DNA of 64,000 nucleotides from Octopus sinensis (lineage: Eukaryota), in the NCBI RefSeq assembly GCF_006345805.1, contig NC_043009.1, positions 63,426,001-63,490,000 on the forward strand, given 5' to 3'. Positions 37,384 through 49,938 of the stretch are shown in pieces (positions within the stretch are counted from its first letter, which is position 1; each line of letters starts with the position of its first letter). Made by a program: the position numbers and the translations under genes. The notes below the pieces were generated by a model that was given only the letters and a program-made list of their open reading frames with translations, did no database searches and was not told where the DNA came from.

Positions 37384-37780
37384 TTGTGGGTGGTACGCAA
37401 TTGTTTCCCCAACAGACTACCTGCCATAGATAGACCGGCAGGTGATATCTAGTCGTCTGACCTGTCTATCATATATCGGTCTATGGATGGTACCTATCTA
37501 TAATCGTTCAATTAATCATCTGTACTTACCTGTCATATATATGGATATATATAGAAATCCGTGGGTGGTAGTTAGTTGTTCGACCAACAAGCTATTGGTC
37601 ATCTATAAATCAGCGGGTGACGCCTAGTTGTTCGACTATCGACCTGTCTTCAGTCCGTAGATCTGTGAGTGGTGCCTTTGTCTTTCGGCCAAATACCTGA
37701 ATGTCATACGGATCAGAACTGACCCGAAGCTTCATAACTCCAAATTCTGCAGACAGCTATTGAAGAGGTGCAGCTTAACC

Positions 37781-37982
37781 TTTTCTACTATTGGCAAAAG
37801 GCCTGAAATTTTGAGGAAGGGGATGAGTTGATTACATCGACCCCAGTGACCTCACTGGTACTTAATTCATCGACCCCGAAGGGTGAAAAGTAAAGTCGAC
37901 CTCAGCGGAATTTGAACTCGGAGCGTAGTGACGGGCGGAATACCCCTTAGCATTTCGTCCAAGGCGCTAATGATTCTACCTG
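37781..37982 (-). mobile_element. SINE family A (tail B)
   Basis: GTCGACCTCAGCGGAATTTGAACTC; tail TTTTCTACTATTGGCAAAAGGCC. Confidence 0.85.
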
Positions 37983-38006
37983 CCATGTGTTACGAGCAAA
38001 GAATAC

Positions 38007-38161
38007 AGTGGCTGTGTGGTAAGTAGCTTGCTTACCAACCACATGGTTCCGGGTTCAGTCCTACTGCGTGACACCTTGGGCAAGTGTCTTCTACTATAAC
38101 CTCGGGCCGATCAAAGCCTTGTGAGTGGATTTGGTAGACAGAAACTGAAAGAATCCCGTCG

Positions 38162-38241
<80 letters not shown>

Positions 38242-38461
38242 GTGTGTGTGTTTGTGTGTCTGTGTTTGTTCCCCCAATATCACTTGACAACCGAGGCTGG
38301 TCTGTTTACGTTCCCGTAACTTAGCGGTTCGGCAAAAGAGACCGATAGAAAAAGTACTGGGCTTGCAAAAAAAAAGTCTTGGGGTTGATTTGGTCGACTA
38401 AAGGCGGTGCTCTAGCATGGCCACAGTCAAATGCCTGAAACAAGTAAAAGAGTAAAAGAGT
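38007..38461 (+). mobile_element. SINE family B full copy
   Basis: Matches the family B consensus. Confidence 0.92.
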
Positions 38462-38955
38462 TAGAGAAGAATGTTATAGGTGTGTGTGCGTGTGTGTGAG
38501 AGAGAGAGGGAGGGGAGAAGAAATAGAAAAGCGAAAGTGTATAGGAAGGAGAGGGAGGGAGGGAGGGATGGATAGAGGACAGTCAGACGGCCTACAGTTT
38601 GGCAGTACGAGAGTGGTTGTGTAAGTGAGAGACAGACACAATGAGCGAGAGTACACGAATGAGGGACAGAGATCTGCATAGTGAGAGAGAGAGAGAAGGT
38701 AGTAATAGATCGAGGGACAGGCAAAGATACAATGAGAGAGAGACTAAGCAGTGAGTGAGTGAAGGACAGATAAATATACTGTGAGAGACAGAGGCAGAAA
38801 GAAAGAGAGAGAGAGAGAGGGGGGGGCAGTAAGCGAGAGACGGTAGATATATATAAGAGACAGGCAGACACAGTGAGTGAGGAGGAATGAGAGAGTAAAA
38901 ACATATGTGAGAGAGACAGGCAGAGATAATATGAGAATGAAGAGAAAAGAGAGAG

Positions 38956-38997
<42 letters not shown>

Positions 38998-39000
38998 ATC
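38462..39000. repeat. Degenerate (GA)n polypurine tract
   Basis: Direct reading. Confidence 0.8.
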
Positions 39001-39509
39001 ATTTGTGTTTATCTAAACAGTAAGTCTGTCTCGTGTTCAGTCTGCCAACTCTGTCTACTTATGTCTGCTTCCTAAACGCGCGGGTGGTTTGGAATAGTTG
39101 CTCATACTGGGTTCTACATATTTTACATAGTGTACCACAACTATACTATAGCATCTTATTCAGTGTAATACCACTCCACTATACTGACCTACACATCCAA
39201 CTAGCCGAACCTGATCCTTGAAACGGTAGATTTATTCATCGTAATGAAACTCTTGAAGTGATTTTAACCCAACCCTTAAAACCGATTCCCAAGTTAAAAT
39301 CTCCGCAGGAAATCAATCAAATGATTTTAAAAATGTTCTATTCTTTTTATCAGACCCAGTGGCCCCGAATTTTAGAAGTGAATTGTCGAAGGAAGACGTT
39401 GACGCGTCTTCCTCGAAGTATTAAAGGTTTAGGTGAAGAGTAAATGATTTCAAACAGGGATTTAAATCTCAGTTTCTTCATTTGTCGGGCGCCAAATCCT
39501 CCCCCGCAC

Positions 39510-39537
39510 CTCTCTCTCTCTCTGTCTCTGTCGCTCT

Positions 39538-39619
<82 letters not shown>

Positions 39620-39636
39620 CTATCTATCCTCTCTCA

Positions 39637-39675
<39 letters not shown>

Positions 39676-39710
39676 TATCTATCTACCTATCTATCTATCT
39701 ATCTCTCCCT
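39510..39710. repeat. (TC)n/(TCTA)n
   Basis: Direct reading. Confidence 0.95.
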
Positions 39711-39797
39711 AGTGCTCGCGGCAAATAGTTAAAGCATATTGACTTTTAATGACATGTCTTGTCCTCGCAGTATTTATAAAGATGAAGGTTGTTGTTG

Positions 39798-39828
<31 letters not shown>

Positions 39829-40127
39829 GAGGTTTGCGGGAAGAAGGAGGAGAACGCAAAGAGGAATAACAAAGAAAAAGTACGTAATTAATAGCCAGGA
39901 ATCTTTATATCATCTGTCTATGATATGTAATCTGGCACAACATAGATGTGTCCAATCTATTTTTAGTGGGTTGAAAGTGAATAGCAGAAACTCTGCCAAT
40001 CTCTCTCTCTTCACATCTCGCTCATAATGGCGGACTGTCTGTCAGGCGTTTTGTATTGGTCGATAATTAGAAGCAGCTTTGCAGCATTCATTTTCTGTCA
40101 CAATGACGTTCTCTATTATTGTTGATG

Positions 40128-40142
40128 TTTCTGTTGTTGTTG

Positions 40143-40174
<32 letters not shown>

Positions 40175-40353
40175 GGTGGTTGTGGTGGTGGTGGTGGTGG
40201 TGGTGATGATGATGATGAGGATGATAATGGTGATGGTGATGATGATGATGATGATGATGGTGATGGTGATGATGACGATGATGATGGTGGTGATGATGAT
40301 GATGATGGTGATAATGCTGGTGATGATGATTATGATGATGATGGTGGTGGTGG

Positions 40354-40394
<41 letters not shown>

Positions 40395-40420
40395 ATGATG
40401 ATGGTGGTGGTGGTGGTGGT
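40128..40420. repeat. (GTT)n(GGT)n(GAT)n compound
   Basis: Direct reading. Confidence 0.95.
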
Positions 40421-40432
40421 GTTTTTATTATT

Positions 40433-40670
40433 GAGGCAGCGAACCCGGCAGAAGTGTTAGCACGTAGGACAAAAATAATCAATGACATTTTTTTTTTTCT
40501 TTCTGGATCTTTACGCTCTCAGTTCAAATCCCGCCGAGATCAATTTTGCCTTTCATCGTTTCGTGGTCGATAAAATAAGTACCAGTTGAACACTGGGGTG
40601 TCGAAGTTATCAGCTAGACCCTCACCCAGACTTCTGGCCTTGTGCCTTTAGCAGGAAACGATTATTATTC
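40433..40670 (+). mobile_element. SINE family A (tail B), diverged
   Basis: GAGGCAGCGAACCCGGCAGAAGTGTTAGCAC...CAGTTCAAATCCCGCCGAG. Confidence 0.8.
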
Positions 40671-40852
40671 TTATTATAGAATCAACGAGCTAGCCGAATA
40701 GTTAGCGCGTCGGTCAAAAATGCTGAAATATCTGAGCCTAGTTGTTAGAGCCTTGAAACTTTCGTTTCAGTGGTAAAACGCAGCCATTTTTACTCATTTT
40801 TTATATATACGTTACGAAAATGTCTGATAATGGGGCAATTATAAATAGATAC

Positions 40853-40990
40853 TTACTCACTTATTTAAGCCCCTGCTGGGGCATATGCCCATCGACGACT
40901 TTTCTCCACAATTCTCGACTCTGGATCGTCTTTTCTGCTTCCCTCCAGTTGGATCCTTGCTTTTCTATGCGGCTTTCGGGGTCTTTAAAC
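40853..40990 (-). mobile_element. RTE-like LINE 3' end
   Basis: WREAEKTIQSRELWRKVVDGHMPQQGLK* followed by a TAAG-like tail. Confidence 0.6.
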
Positions 40991-41309
40991 TAAGTAACAG
41001 TTGAGGACTGGGGTCGATGTAATCGCCATATCCGCGTCCCCCAAAGTTGCTGGCTTTGTACTAAAAACTGAAACTTATATTTGTCACAGATCAAAACAGG
41101 GAAAGTACAAATCAACTGTTTAATAACGAAAGTGATGAGTGATGTCCTAATGTCATTCGATTTTAAGACCCTATCTTCAAAGTAATTCATATGACGCAGC
41201 GCTTTTGGTCATTTCATTTATGAAAATCTGTCATCGGTGATGGCAGATTTATTAAAATATCACGTAGAATTGAAGCATAAATCCATCGATCAACAACAGT
41301 CCCGTAGTT

Positions 41310-41533
41310 CTTTACTACCCACAAGGGGCTAAACACAGAGGGCAAACAAGGACAGACAAACGGATTAAATCGATTATATCGACCCCAGTGCGTAAATGGT
41401 ACTTATTTAATTGACCCCGAAAGGATGAAAGGCAAAGTCGACCTCGGCGGAATTTGAACTCAGAACGTAGCGGCAAACGAAATACTGCTAAGCATTTCAC
41501 CCAGCGTGCTACCGTTTCTGCCAGCTCGCCGCT
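41310..41533 (-). mobile_element. SINE family A monomer
   Basis: Full reverse-complement copy. Confidence 0.93.
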
Positions 41534-42034
41534 TTATCTGTGACAAATATTAATCTATGGCTGCTGGCTTTGCTTACATGTCTGTCTGTCTGTCCGATTG
41601 GCAATATGACTGCCTGTCTGTCTGCCTTTCTCTGTGTGTCTGTCTACCTACTTTTATCTATCTGTCTGTCTCTCCTCCCCTGGTTGTCTCATACACACTT
41701 GTTTATAATGTCTAGTCGAATGTGGTGTCTATAACTACATTATAAACATACCCCTCAACATACCTTACAGAATCTATACTGTTGAGAACTGAAATCTTTA
41801 CATGAAGGCCAATGAAACACTCGTCAATCTTAAAGTGCTACAAGAAGTGGACTGGGCCATTGAGTGCTTGAATTTATTGGTCTTGAATATTTCGCAGGTT
41901 AGATGACAGGATTCTGTCGCGGTATCTGTTCCTTTCATGTGCTCCCTGGGACACGTTCTCGCCAATTGACTCCTTCCCTGACATTCTCCCTAAGACCTGC
42001 CCACATCAGCTGCATTTTCTAATCAATTCTCTGG

Positions 42035-42134
42035 NNNNNNNNNNNNNNNNNNNNNNNNNNNNNNNNNNNNNNNNNNNNNNNNNNNNNNNNNNNNNNNNNN
42101 NNNNNNNNNNNNNNNNNNNNNNNNNNNNNNNNNN
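42035..42134. other. Assembly gap (100 N)
   Basis: Direct reading. Confidence 1.
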
Positions 42135-42359
42135 AATTTAAGATATCAAACTCGGCTCAATTTTGATCCTACTTTTAGAGACTCGACTGCTTCAATGCAT
42201 AACGTCATCTCTTTGATGGCCTTAAAAAATGGCAATTTAACGGAGTGATTTCAAAATACACTTTCGGTACGCCAAGAGCACCCTCTCTAATTGCGCCTAT
42301 GTATTTTCGTTTCTTGAGCTACCGTTGAAGCTGGGGGTCATGAGAAGTAGCAACGAAGG

Positions 42360-42530
42360 GAACCCGTGTCGGCATACGACATTGTGATCATAAAATGAGA
42401 CACAAAAAGCAAAAGAAACCTCGGCATAGCACAAGATGTTGCCTGAAGCATGTTACCAAGATTTGGCAGTACAACACGAAAGTAAGTCGTTGAACTGGCA
42501 TTCCTGGTAATAATGTGAGCTGCGTCAGTT
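42360..42530 (+). mobile_element. Degenerate R4/Dong-like REL fragment
   Basis: DIVIIK...DVA, YQDLAV and PVI-like motifs across frameshifts. Confidence 0.4.
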
Positions 42531-42564
42531 TTTGGTGGTGTACGGGGATGCATTTTAATGTCGG

Positions 42565-44200
42565 GTGTCAATTAACGATAGGATATATCGTATTATTATG
42601 TGGAGGCGCAATAGCCCAGTGGTTAGGGCAGCGAACTCGCGGTCGTAGGATCGCGGTTTCGATTCCCAGACCGGGCGTTGTTTTTGTTTATTGAGCAAAA
42701 CGCCTAAAGCTCCACGAGGCTCAGCAGGGGACGGGGACGGTGTGTGATCCTGCTGTACTCTTTCACCACTCTTTCTCCCCCACTCTTTCTTCTGTTGGCC
42801 TGCTCGCTTAGCCAGCGGGGTGGCGTCATCATCGAAGGCTAAAGCAACGCGAACGCATTGTGACCAGCGATGTGTAACAACATCTGATGGTCTGGTCGGT
42901 CACGTGATCACGTGATATCGTATTATTAGACTGAGCTGTGATTGTGTGGTTAGTGTATCGGTTGATGTGTATTGTTCAGTGCTGACTGTGTTGTGTGGTT
43001 TGTGTTATATAATAAATATGAGGTGGTGATTGGCCAGCCAAGGCAGATGTTGTGTAAGTAGTACCAAGTGTGCATTGTTTGAACCGTGCTGTTGAAAGTG
43101 TCCTTGCCAAAGATTGGGATATGTCCAGTAGGACCATTGTTAGGACGGTGTATAGAATTCATAGTTCTGATAGGTTTTCTCCATATTATTTATTATCAGA
43201 CCAACTGCTCCAATTTGCATTGGTACTGTTTTCCCATTTCATTCCCTATTTTCTGCTTGCTTCACTTTCAAGACCCTTGAACTTTTAGAACCCCTGCACC
43301 GCTTTCTGCTCGTTGTTTTTGTTTGAATGTATCACAATGGCGATAAGCCCTGGTTTTTACTTTGGCCAACTTTATCTCTTTCGGATCTTGTAGGCTTTTA
43401 CACATGAAGTGATTTTTCTCCAAATATTTTCTTCATTTAGAATTCAGTTTAATTTTTGTCTTTTTAAATCTTTTCTGTTTTTATTCTTTTTCCTTTTCTA
43501 AATCTTTTTTCTTCTCTGTGATTTAGTTTCTAGTTAATATTTTATCGTTTCCTTAAATACAGAAAAAACCTATTCTCATCTTTGATTATTACACAAATCT
43601 GTTTTCCTTTGCTGGCTTCTAAGTATTTTCCAGTCTCACTGTCGTTATATCGTAGCAGTTACCTATATGCACAGACTCCAGACTCCAGACTCCAGCCTCA
43701 ATGTATACCTGCTATGTTCTTCGTATATCTTCTCTTGGGTGGTAACTTCTGATCCCTCTTAGTTTCCTGAATCCTTTTCTTTTATCTCAGCTCTTTAAAT
43801 CTTTTAATTTCCATTTTATAATGTTAAGGCTGTGATTTATCACTAGGAAAGCCAACGTATTTATACTTAGTCATTTTATTTCTAACACCAGTCTTTTTCA
43901 TTATAGTTTGTCTCTTCTCTAATACTCTTTTCTGTTCTTCCCCATTTCTATGCTGCATTTTATCAGTTTCATCTACTCTTAAGTATTTGTATGTGTGGAT
44001 TGTGTTCTACTTTCTGCTATCGTTGTCTGGATCTAAACTAATGTTCTCTAGTTTAGTTAATTTGTCTCTTCTTATAATAGCTTTGGCACATTTATCTAAT
44101 CTTATACTCATTATAATATCTTAACTGAATTCATGTACAATTTCTTGCAGTCTCTCCAGAAACATATTATCTCTCGTAAATAGTTAAGTCAGCCAAATAG
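42565..44200 (-). mobile_element. Degenerate R4/Dong-like LINE ORF fragment (~1.3 kb excluding the SINE)
   Basis: RLDKCAKAIIRR..., TYKYLRVDETDKMQHRNGKNRKEY*RR match the LDKC and YKYLGxxExxxIQH...KEYxRR motifs; stops and frameshifts. Confidence 0.75.
42599..42914 (+). mobile_element. SINE family C, full length, RTE-type tail, 14-bp TSD
   Basis: tRNA-Arg-like head (GACTCGCGGTC in the related copy at 51535-51898); TSD ATATCGTATTATTA at 42585-42598 and 42915-42928. Confidence 0.93.
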
Positions 44201-44484
44201 AGAGAAGTGGGATAATAGTCCGTAACATTTATAAACAACGGTGGTTTGATTTATTACTCTCACTTCTCAGTAATCTTATTTATATTGCCTATTTTCACTG
44301 CACAGCCAAACGACGATCGGTTGAGAATGTAGTTTCATTTGTTTTGGTTTTATATTTTCTACTGAAATGACAGTACTCTGCGATGTTTGTTTGTTTGTTT
44401 GTTTGTTTGCGTATGTGTGTGTGTGTGTGTGTGTGTCTGTGCGTGTGTGTTTGTTTATGTGTGTGTGTGTGAGAGAGAGAGAGA

Positions 44485-45074
44485 GATTCAATAAATAAGG
44501 AGGTTAAATGCGAGCTACTATGAGTTTCATGCGCCTCTGGTACTACAATTGTCGGACGAACTTGTGAAGCATACTGTGTGTTATCAGGGCAATCATTCAG
44601 GCTCTATGGAAGTGTATACCTACATGTGTGTGTGTGTGTGTATGTGTGTGTTTATGTGTGTGTGAGAGAGAGAAAGAGAGAGAGAGAGATTCAATAAATA
44701 AGGAGGTTAAATGCGAGCTACTATGAGTTTCATGCGCCTCTGGTACTACAATTGTCGGACGAACTTGTGAAGCTCTGTGGTTTATCATCAGGGGCAATCA
44801 TTCAGGCTCTATGGAAGTGTATACCTACATGTGTGTGTGTGTGTGTATGTGTGTGTTTATGTGTGTGTGAGAGAGAGAAAGAGAGAGAGAGAGAGAGATT
44901 CAATAAATAAGGAGGTTAAATGCGAGCTACTAGAGTTTTCATGCGCCCTGGTACTACAATTGTCGGACGAACTTGTGAAGCATACTGTGTGTTATCAGGG
45001 CAATCATTCAGGCTCTATGGAAGTGTATACCTACATGTGTGTGTGTGTGTGTATGTGTGTGTTTATGTGTGTGT

Positions 45075-45106
<32 letters not shown>

Positions 45107-45447
45107 TAGATTCAATAAATAAGGAGGTTAAATGCGAGCTACTATGAGTTTCATGCCCCTGGAGCTACAATTGTCGGACGAACTTGTGAAGCATCTGTGT
45201 GTTATCAGGGCAATCATTCAGGCTCTATGGAAGTGTATACCTACATGTGTGTGTGTGTGTGTATGTGTGTGTTTATGTGTGTGTGAGAGAGAGAAAGAGA
45301 GAGAGAGAGAGATTCAATAAATAAGGAGGTTAAATGCGAGCTACTATGAGTTTCATGCGCCTCTGGTACTACAATTGTCGGACGAACTTGTGAAGCATAC
45401 TGTGTGTTATCAGGGCAATCATTCAGGCTTTATGCAAGTGCATATAT
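44485..45447 (+). repeat. Tandem array, 5 units of ~202-212 bp, each a complex block plus (TG)n(AG)n
   Basis: ATTCAATAAATAAGGAGGTTAAATGCGAGCTAC units starting near 44485, 44688, 44897, 45109, 45311. Confidence 0.95.
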
Positions 45448-45913
45448 ACATTGTGTGTGTGTGCGTGCGTGCGTGAATTGCCTAGCAGTGATATTCTCTG
45501 CATATTGCGCATCATTGAATGTATTAGGATTTGGGATTTGAGTTTGTATTTGTATATCTTCCAATCATTTCTAAGTCACCAGTCCACGATAAAAAGACAG
45601 TTTCTCATCTCACTACCCACTTTCTGGTTTTGCTCAATTTCTTTTATAATACCTTACCGTCTCCATGGATTGAAAGTTTAGACTAAGAAGCACTATATTT
45701 TCCTAGTGGGCTTCTGATGAGGCTTTTTTTTTTGTTATCCGCTGACGATGGCATCACTCCAGTTATTCCACTTAATACGCGAGCGACCGAGATCGAAGCG
45801 CGAGAAGGCGGTTGCGAGATTGACACGAGAAAATACTCACTCTGACACGGGCACATGCACTCACTGACATGCTTATACATATGCATACGTGTATATGTGC
45901 ATAAGTGTATGCA

Positions 45914-46073
45914 GGTGCAAGAGTGGCTGTGTGGTAAGTAGCTTGCTTACCAACCATATGGTTCTGGGTACAGTCCCACTGCGTAGCACCTTGGACAAGT
46001 GTCTTCTACTATAGCCTCGGGACGACCAAAGCCTAGTGAGCGCATCTGGTAGATGGAAACCGAAAGAAGCCTG

Positions 46074-46119
<46 letters not shown>

Positions 46120-46285
46120 ATATATATCATCGTTTGATAGCGATGATGGCCGTGTGTTTACATCCCCGTTACTTAGCGGCAAAAGAAACCGATAGAATAA
46201 GTCCTTGGGTCGATTTGTTCGACTAAAAGTGGTGCTCCAGCATGGCCGCAGTCAATATGACTGAAAGAAATAAAAGAATAAGAGA
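45914..46285 (+). mobile_element. SINE family B copy
   Basis: Matches the consensus, with deletions. Confidence 0.88.
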
Positions 46286-46289
46286 ATAT

Positions 46290-46560
46290 TGATATCGCGC
46301 GATCACGTAATCCAGTAGACTATCGGATGGTGTTATACATCGCTGGTCACAATGCGCTTTGCATTGCTTAGACGAGCAGACCAACATTCCTTCCTGATCG
46401 GAAGGAGATTCCATCAAAGGGTCACCCATTTACAGCTGAGGGGACTGGAGCGACATGAAGTGAAGTGTTTTGCTCAAGAACGCGCCGTCCGGTCATGGAA
46501 TCGAAACCGTGGTCTAGTGATTGTGAGTGGAATGTCCTAACCACTAGTCCATGCGCTTAC
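46290..46560 (-). mobile_element. tRNA-SINE with CORE-like block and RTE-type tail
   Basis: CATCGCTGGTCACAATGCG tail shared with 42599-42914; CAGCTGAGGGGACTGGAGC block shared with 20085. Confidence 0.75.
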
Positions 46561-46834
46561 ACATACAGTAGAGAAGAGAAATTTGAACAAATGGAGTTGT
46601 CTAAGAAGCGGTAGCGGCTTTAGTAATCGATCGCCGAAGGTTTATCGAATAAATGGGAATATTAATAAATATAAAGGGGATACGATAAGATGATGAGAAT
46701 AAATGATTTAGTGTTAACATATACAATATCAGGAGAATTTAAAAGCTGATCAGATATAATTATACAGTGGGTAAAAAACGAAAACAATATTATTCAATTA
46801 CCAATGATGATATTTTAATTCTTTGACCAAATGT

Positions 46835-47235
46835 GGAAGACAATTTGAACATGTTTCAGTATTATTATGGCCTCATCAGACAGTCTTCACCGTCATTGCA
46901 GAAGACATGTTTCGGTATTATTGTGATCTCATAAGACAGTCTTCACCGTTATTGCCGAAGAAGAATCAATTCATAAATATACATAAAATCTACAAGATCG
47001 TTTACTGGTTGGTGTTTTTTTTTTTTGGCAAGTGTGAAAGACAACTCTGAACATGTTTCGGTATTATTGTGATCTCATCAGACAGTCTTCCCCGTTATTG
47101 CTAAAGGGATGATAGAAGAATCACAGCATAAATGTACATTAAATCTACAAGATCGCTTGCTGGTTGGTGACTTTTGGCAAGTGAAAGACAACTCTGAGCA
47201 TGTTTCGGTATTATTGTGATCTCATCAGACAGTTA
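46835..47235 (-). repeat. Tandem repeat with four CT(G/T)ATGA...GAAACATG hammerhead-like cores
   Basis: Minus strand reads GACTGT-CTGATGA-GATCACAATAATACC-GAAACATGT near 46879, 46936 (CTTATGA), 47081, 47228. Confidence 0.6.
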
Positions 47236-47475
47236 GGAAAATGGACTTGTTTAGAACAAGACTTCTCTAATCCTTCAATTATCTTCTCGACGCCATCTGT
47301 AGATCATGTTATCGTCTCTACATCCACTTCTCAATCAATACACCTTTTAATTAGATGGGTCGTTTACATGTTGTCTTATACTTCGCCCTCCACACTCTTT
47401 CCCCCCTTTCTCTCCCTCTCTTTCACTCAACCATTCCTGTATGTGTTTAGATTCGTGTATGTCATCTGCCTCTCA

Positions 47476-47511
<36 letters not shown>

Positions 47512-47641
47512 TCTCTCTCCCTCCCTCCCTCTTAATTTCTCTTTCATTCTCTGTTTGACACTCACTCTTTCTCTCTCTCCCTCTCTAGTTCACGGTCGGT
47601 CTCTCTTAGAGTCTATATATTATGTGTTTGTTTGTCTGCAT

Positions 47642-47679
<38 letters not shown>

Positions 47680-48152
47680 CACTTTCTCGACATCTGCCAA
47701 TATTTTAGATTGCGTTTGTGTATAAACTCTTGTGTGTCTATCACTACTTCATATCTCTCACTTTCCCTCTCTCTTTCTCCCCCTCTCTCTTTCTCCCATC
47801 TCTCAGTATTTTCTCTCTTTGTATCTATACCTTTTTTTTTGCTTTCTTTTTCTGTCAACTTTTACGAAGATAAAAAACTGAAATTGAAAATATTCTCATT
47901 TATCCCCTATCGTTACGCCTTGTGCATCATTTTCTATCATTTGATAAAGAGGTAACCACCCCTCTCTCCCCTACAACACCCGGAGGAAGCCACCCATCAC
48001 CACGAACCAGGCGGTGTTTACCCACCACAGTACGCCTGCATGGCAACCATCAGAAAAGCTAAGGAGGTTTCCCTACATCACACGGCCTACTAATTCTCCC
48101 GTCCCACCAAATTATAAATGGGCCTTTTACTAATTTCACAGAATCATCCTAT

Positions 48153-48378
48153 CCTATTTCGTTATTACCCACAAGGGGCTAAACACAGAGGGGACAAACA
48201 AGGACAGACATAGGTATTAAGTCGATTACATCGACCCCAGTACGTAACTGGTACTTAATTTATCGACCCCGAAAGGATGAAATTCAAAGTCGACCTCGGC
48301 GGAATTTGAACTCACAACGTAACGCAGACGAAATACCGCTAAGCATTTCACCCGGCGTGCTAACGTTTCTGCCAGCTA
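48153..48378 (-). mobile_element. SINE family A monomer
   Basis: Reverse-complement copy. Confidence 0.92.
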
Positions 48379-48834
48379 TCCGTTATTCCTCAACCATTAT
48401 GACTGTAAGAAGTGCAGATAAAATCATTGCATCGTCTGCTCGCTTGGCTCTCAACTTCACCACACACCACTAGATTCTTCATGTCGAAAATTTCTGCGGA
48501 ATTCGGCATAAAATGTTCCTAATTAGTCTTTCTTATATTTAGGCAGTGTGTTACTTATTCCAAGGCCCCAATAATTGCAGATATAAACTTGAACTTGTAT
48601 GTATGTATATGTATGTATGTATAATCTGTGTCTCTATGTATGTGTGTGTGGCTCTATCTAACATCTACGCGTGTATGTATGTGGATAAACCAAGTCAAAA
48701 CTGTAAGAGATTGGCCCCTTTTTTTCTCATATCACGTGTATAAGGAGAAGGTGGATTATTTTCTAAGTGCCCACCTACACTATCTTATTAAAATCTGTGG
48801 AATCTTAACGTAGCCTACATTTTTGCTCAACCCC

Positions 48835-48995
48835 TCTTTTACTTGTTTCAGTCATTTGACTATGGCCATGCTGGAGCACCGCCTTTAGTCGAGCAAATCG
48901 ACCCCGGGACTTATTCTTTGTAAGTCTAGTACTTATTCTATCGGTCTCTTTTGCCGAACTGCTAAGTTACAGGGACGTAAACACATCAGCATCTG
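48835..48995 (-). mobile_element. SINE family B, 3' half
   Basis: CTCTTTTACTTGTTTCAGTCATTTGACT...GGGACGTAAACAC. Confidence 0.88.
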
Positions 48996-49380
48996 TTTAT
49001 CTATTATACTATTATTCACTGTATCCGTCTTGTTTTAAGAGGGAACGTATAATTCTAGGTAAATATGACTGCTATTTCTTGCTGGTTAATTGTACCATGT
49101 GGAAGTTTCATCGTTGGAAACGACATCTTACAAGACTTTCGATAGTTCAATGTCCCATTTATCAAACACATAACTTAATTTCTAACTAGTTCCAATTGAT
49201 TATTTCTTGCGGGATTTTTAACTTCGGAAGATATTGACCGCCATTAGTTATTCTACAATGTAATGGCTTCCCAGTTAACCGCTCAAAGGAATAAGCATTT
49301 CATCAATTCAAGGAAATCCTATCAGAAATGGAATAAATCTGTTGAAATATCTTAATCATAGCATCAAATTTTTTTATATC

Positions 49381-49938
49381 ATTCTTTACTACTCTAGGCA
49401 CAAGGCCCGAAATTTTTGGTGAGTGGGGTCAGTCGATTAGATCAACTCCGGTATGCAACTGGTACTTAATTTATCGACCCCCGAAAGGATGAAAAGCAAA
49501 ATCGACCTCAGCGGAAATTGAACTCAGAACGTAGCAGCAGACAAAATACCTATTTCTTTATTATCTACAAGGGGCTAAACACAGAGAGAACAAACAAGGA
49601 CAGACAAACTGATTAAGTCGATTAGATCGACCCCAGTACGTAACTGGTACTTAATTTATCGACCCCGAAAGGATGAAAGGCAAAGTCGACCTCGGCGGAA
49701 TTTGAACTCAGACGAAATACCTATTTCTTTATTACCCACAAGGGGCTAAACACAGAGGGGACACACAAGGACAGACATATGTATTAAGTCGATTACATCG
49801 ACCCCAGTGCGTAACTGGTACTTAATTTATCGACCCCGAAAGGATGAAAGGCTGCGGAATTTGAACTCACAACGTAACGAAGACGAAATACCGCTAAGCA
49901 TTTCGCCCGGCGTGCTAACGTTTCTGCCAGCTCACCGC
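49381..49938 (-). mobile_element. SINE family A multimer, ending in tail B
   Basis: Head at ~49930, two tail-A bodies, then a tail-B body. Confidence 0.9.

Noticed and set aside
40079-40573. Gly/Asp-rich 164-aa ORF
   Set aside because: Compound trinucleotide repeat running into a SINE; no splice or start support
42601-42676. tRNA-Arg gene
   Set aside because: No proper acceptor stem; continues into a SINE body and tail within TSDs
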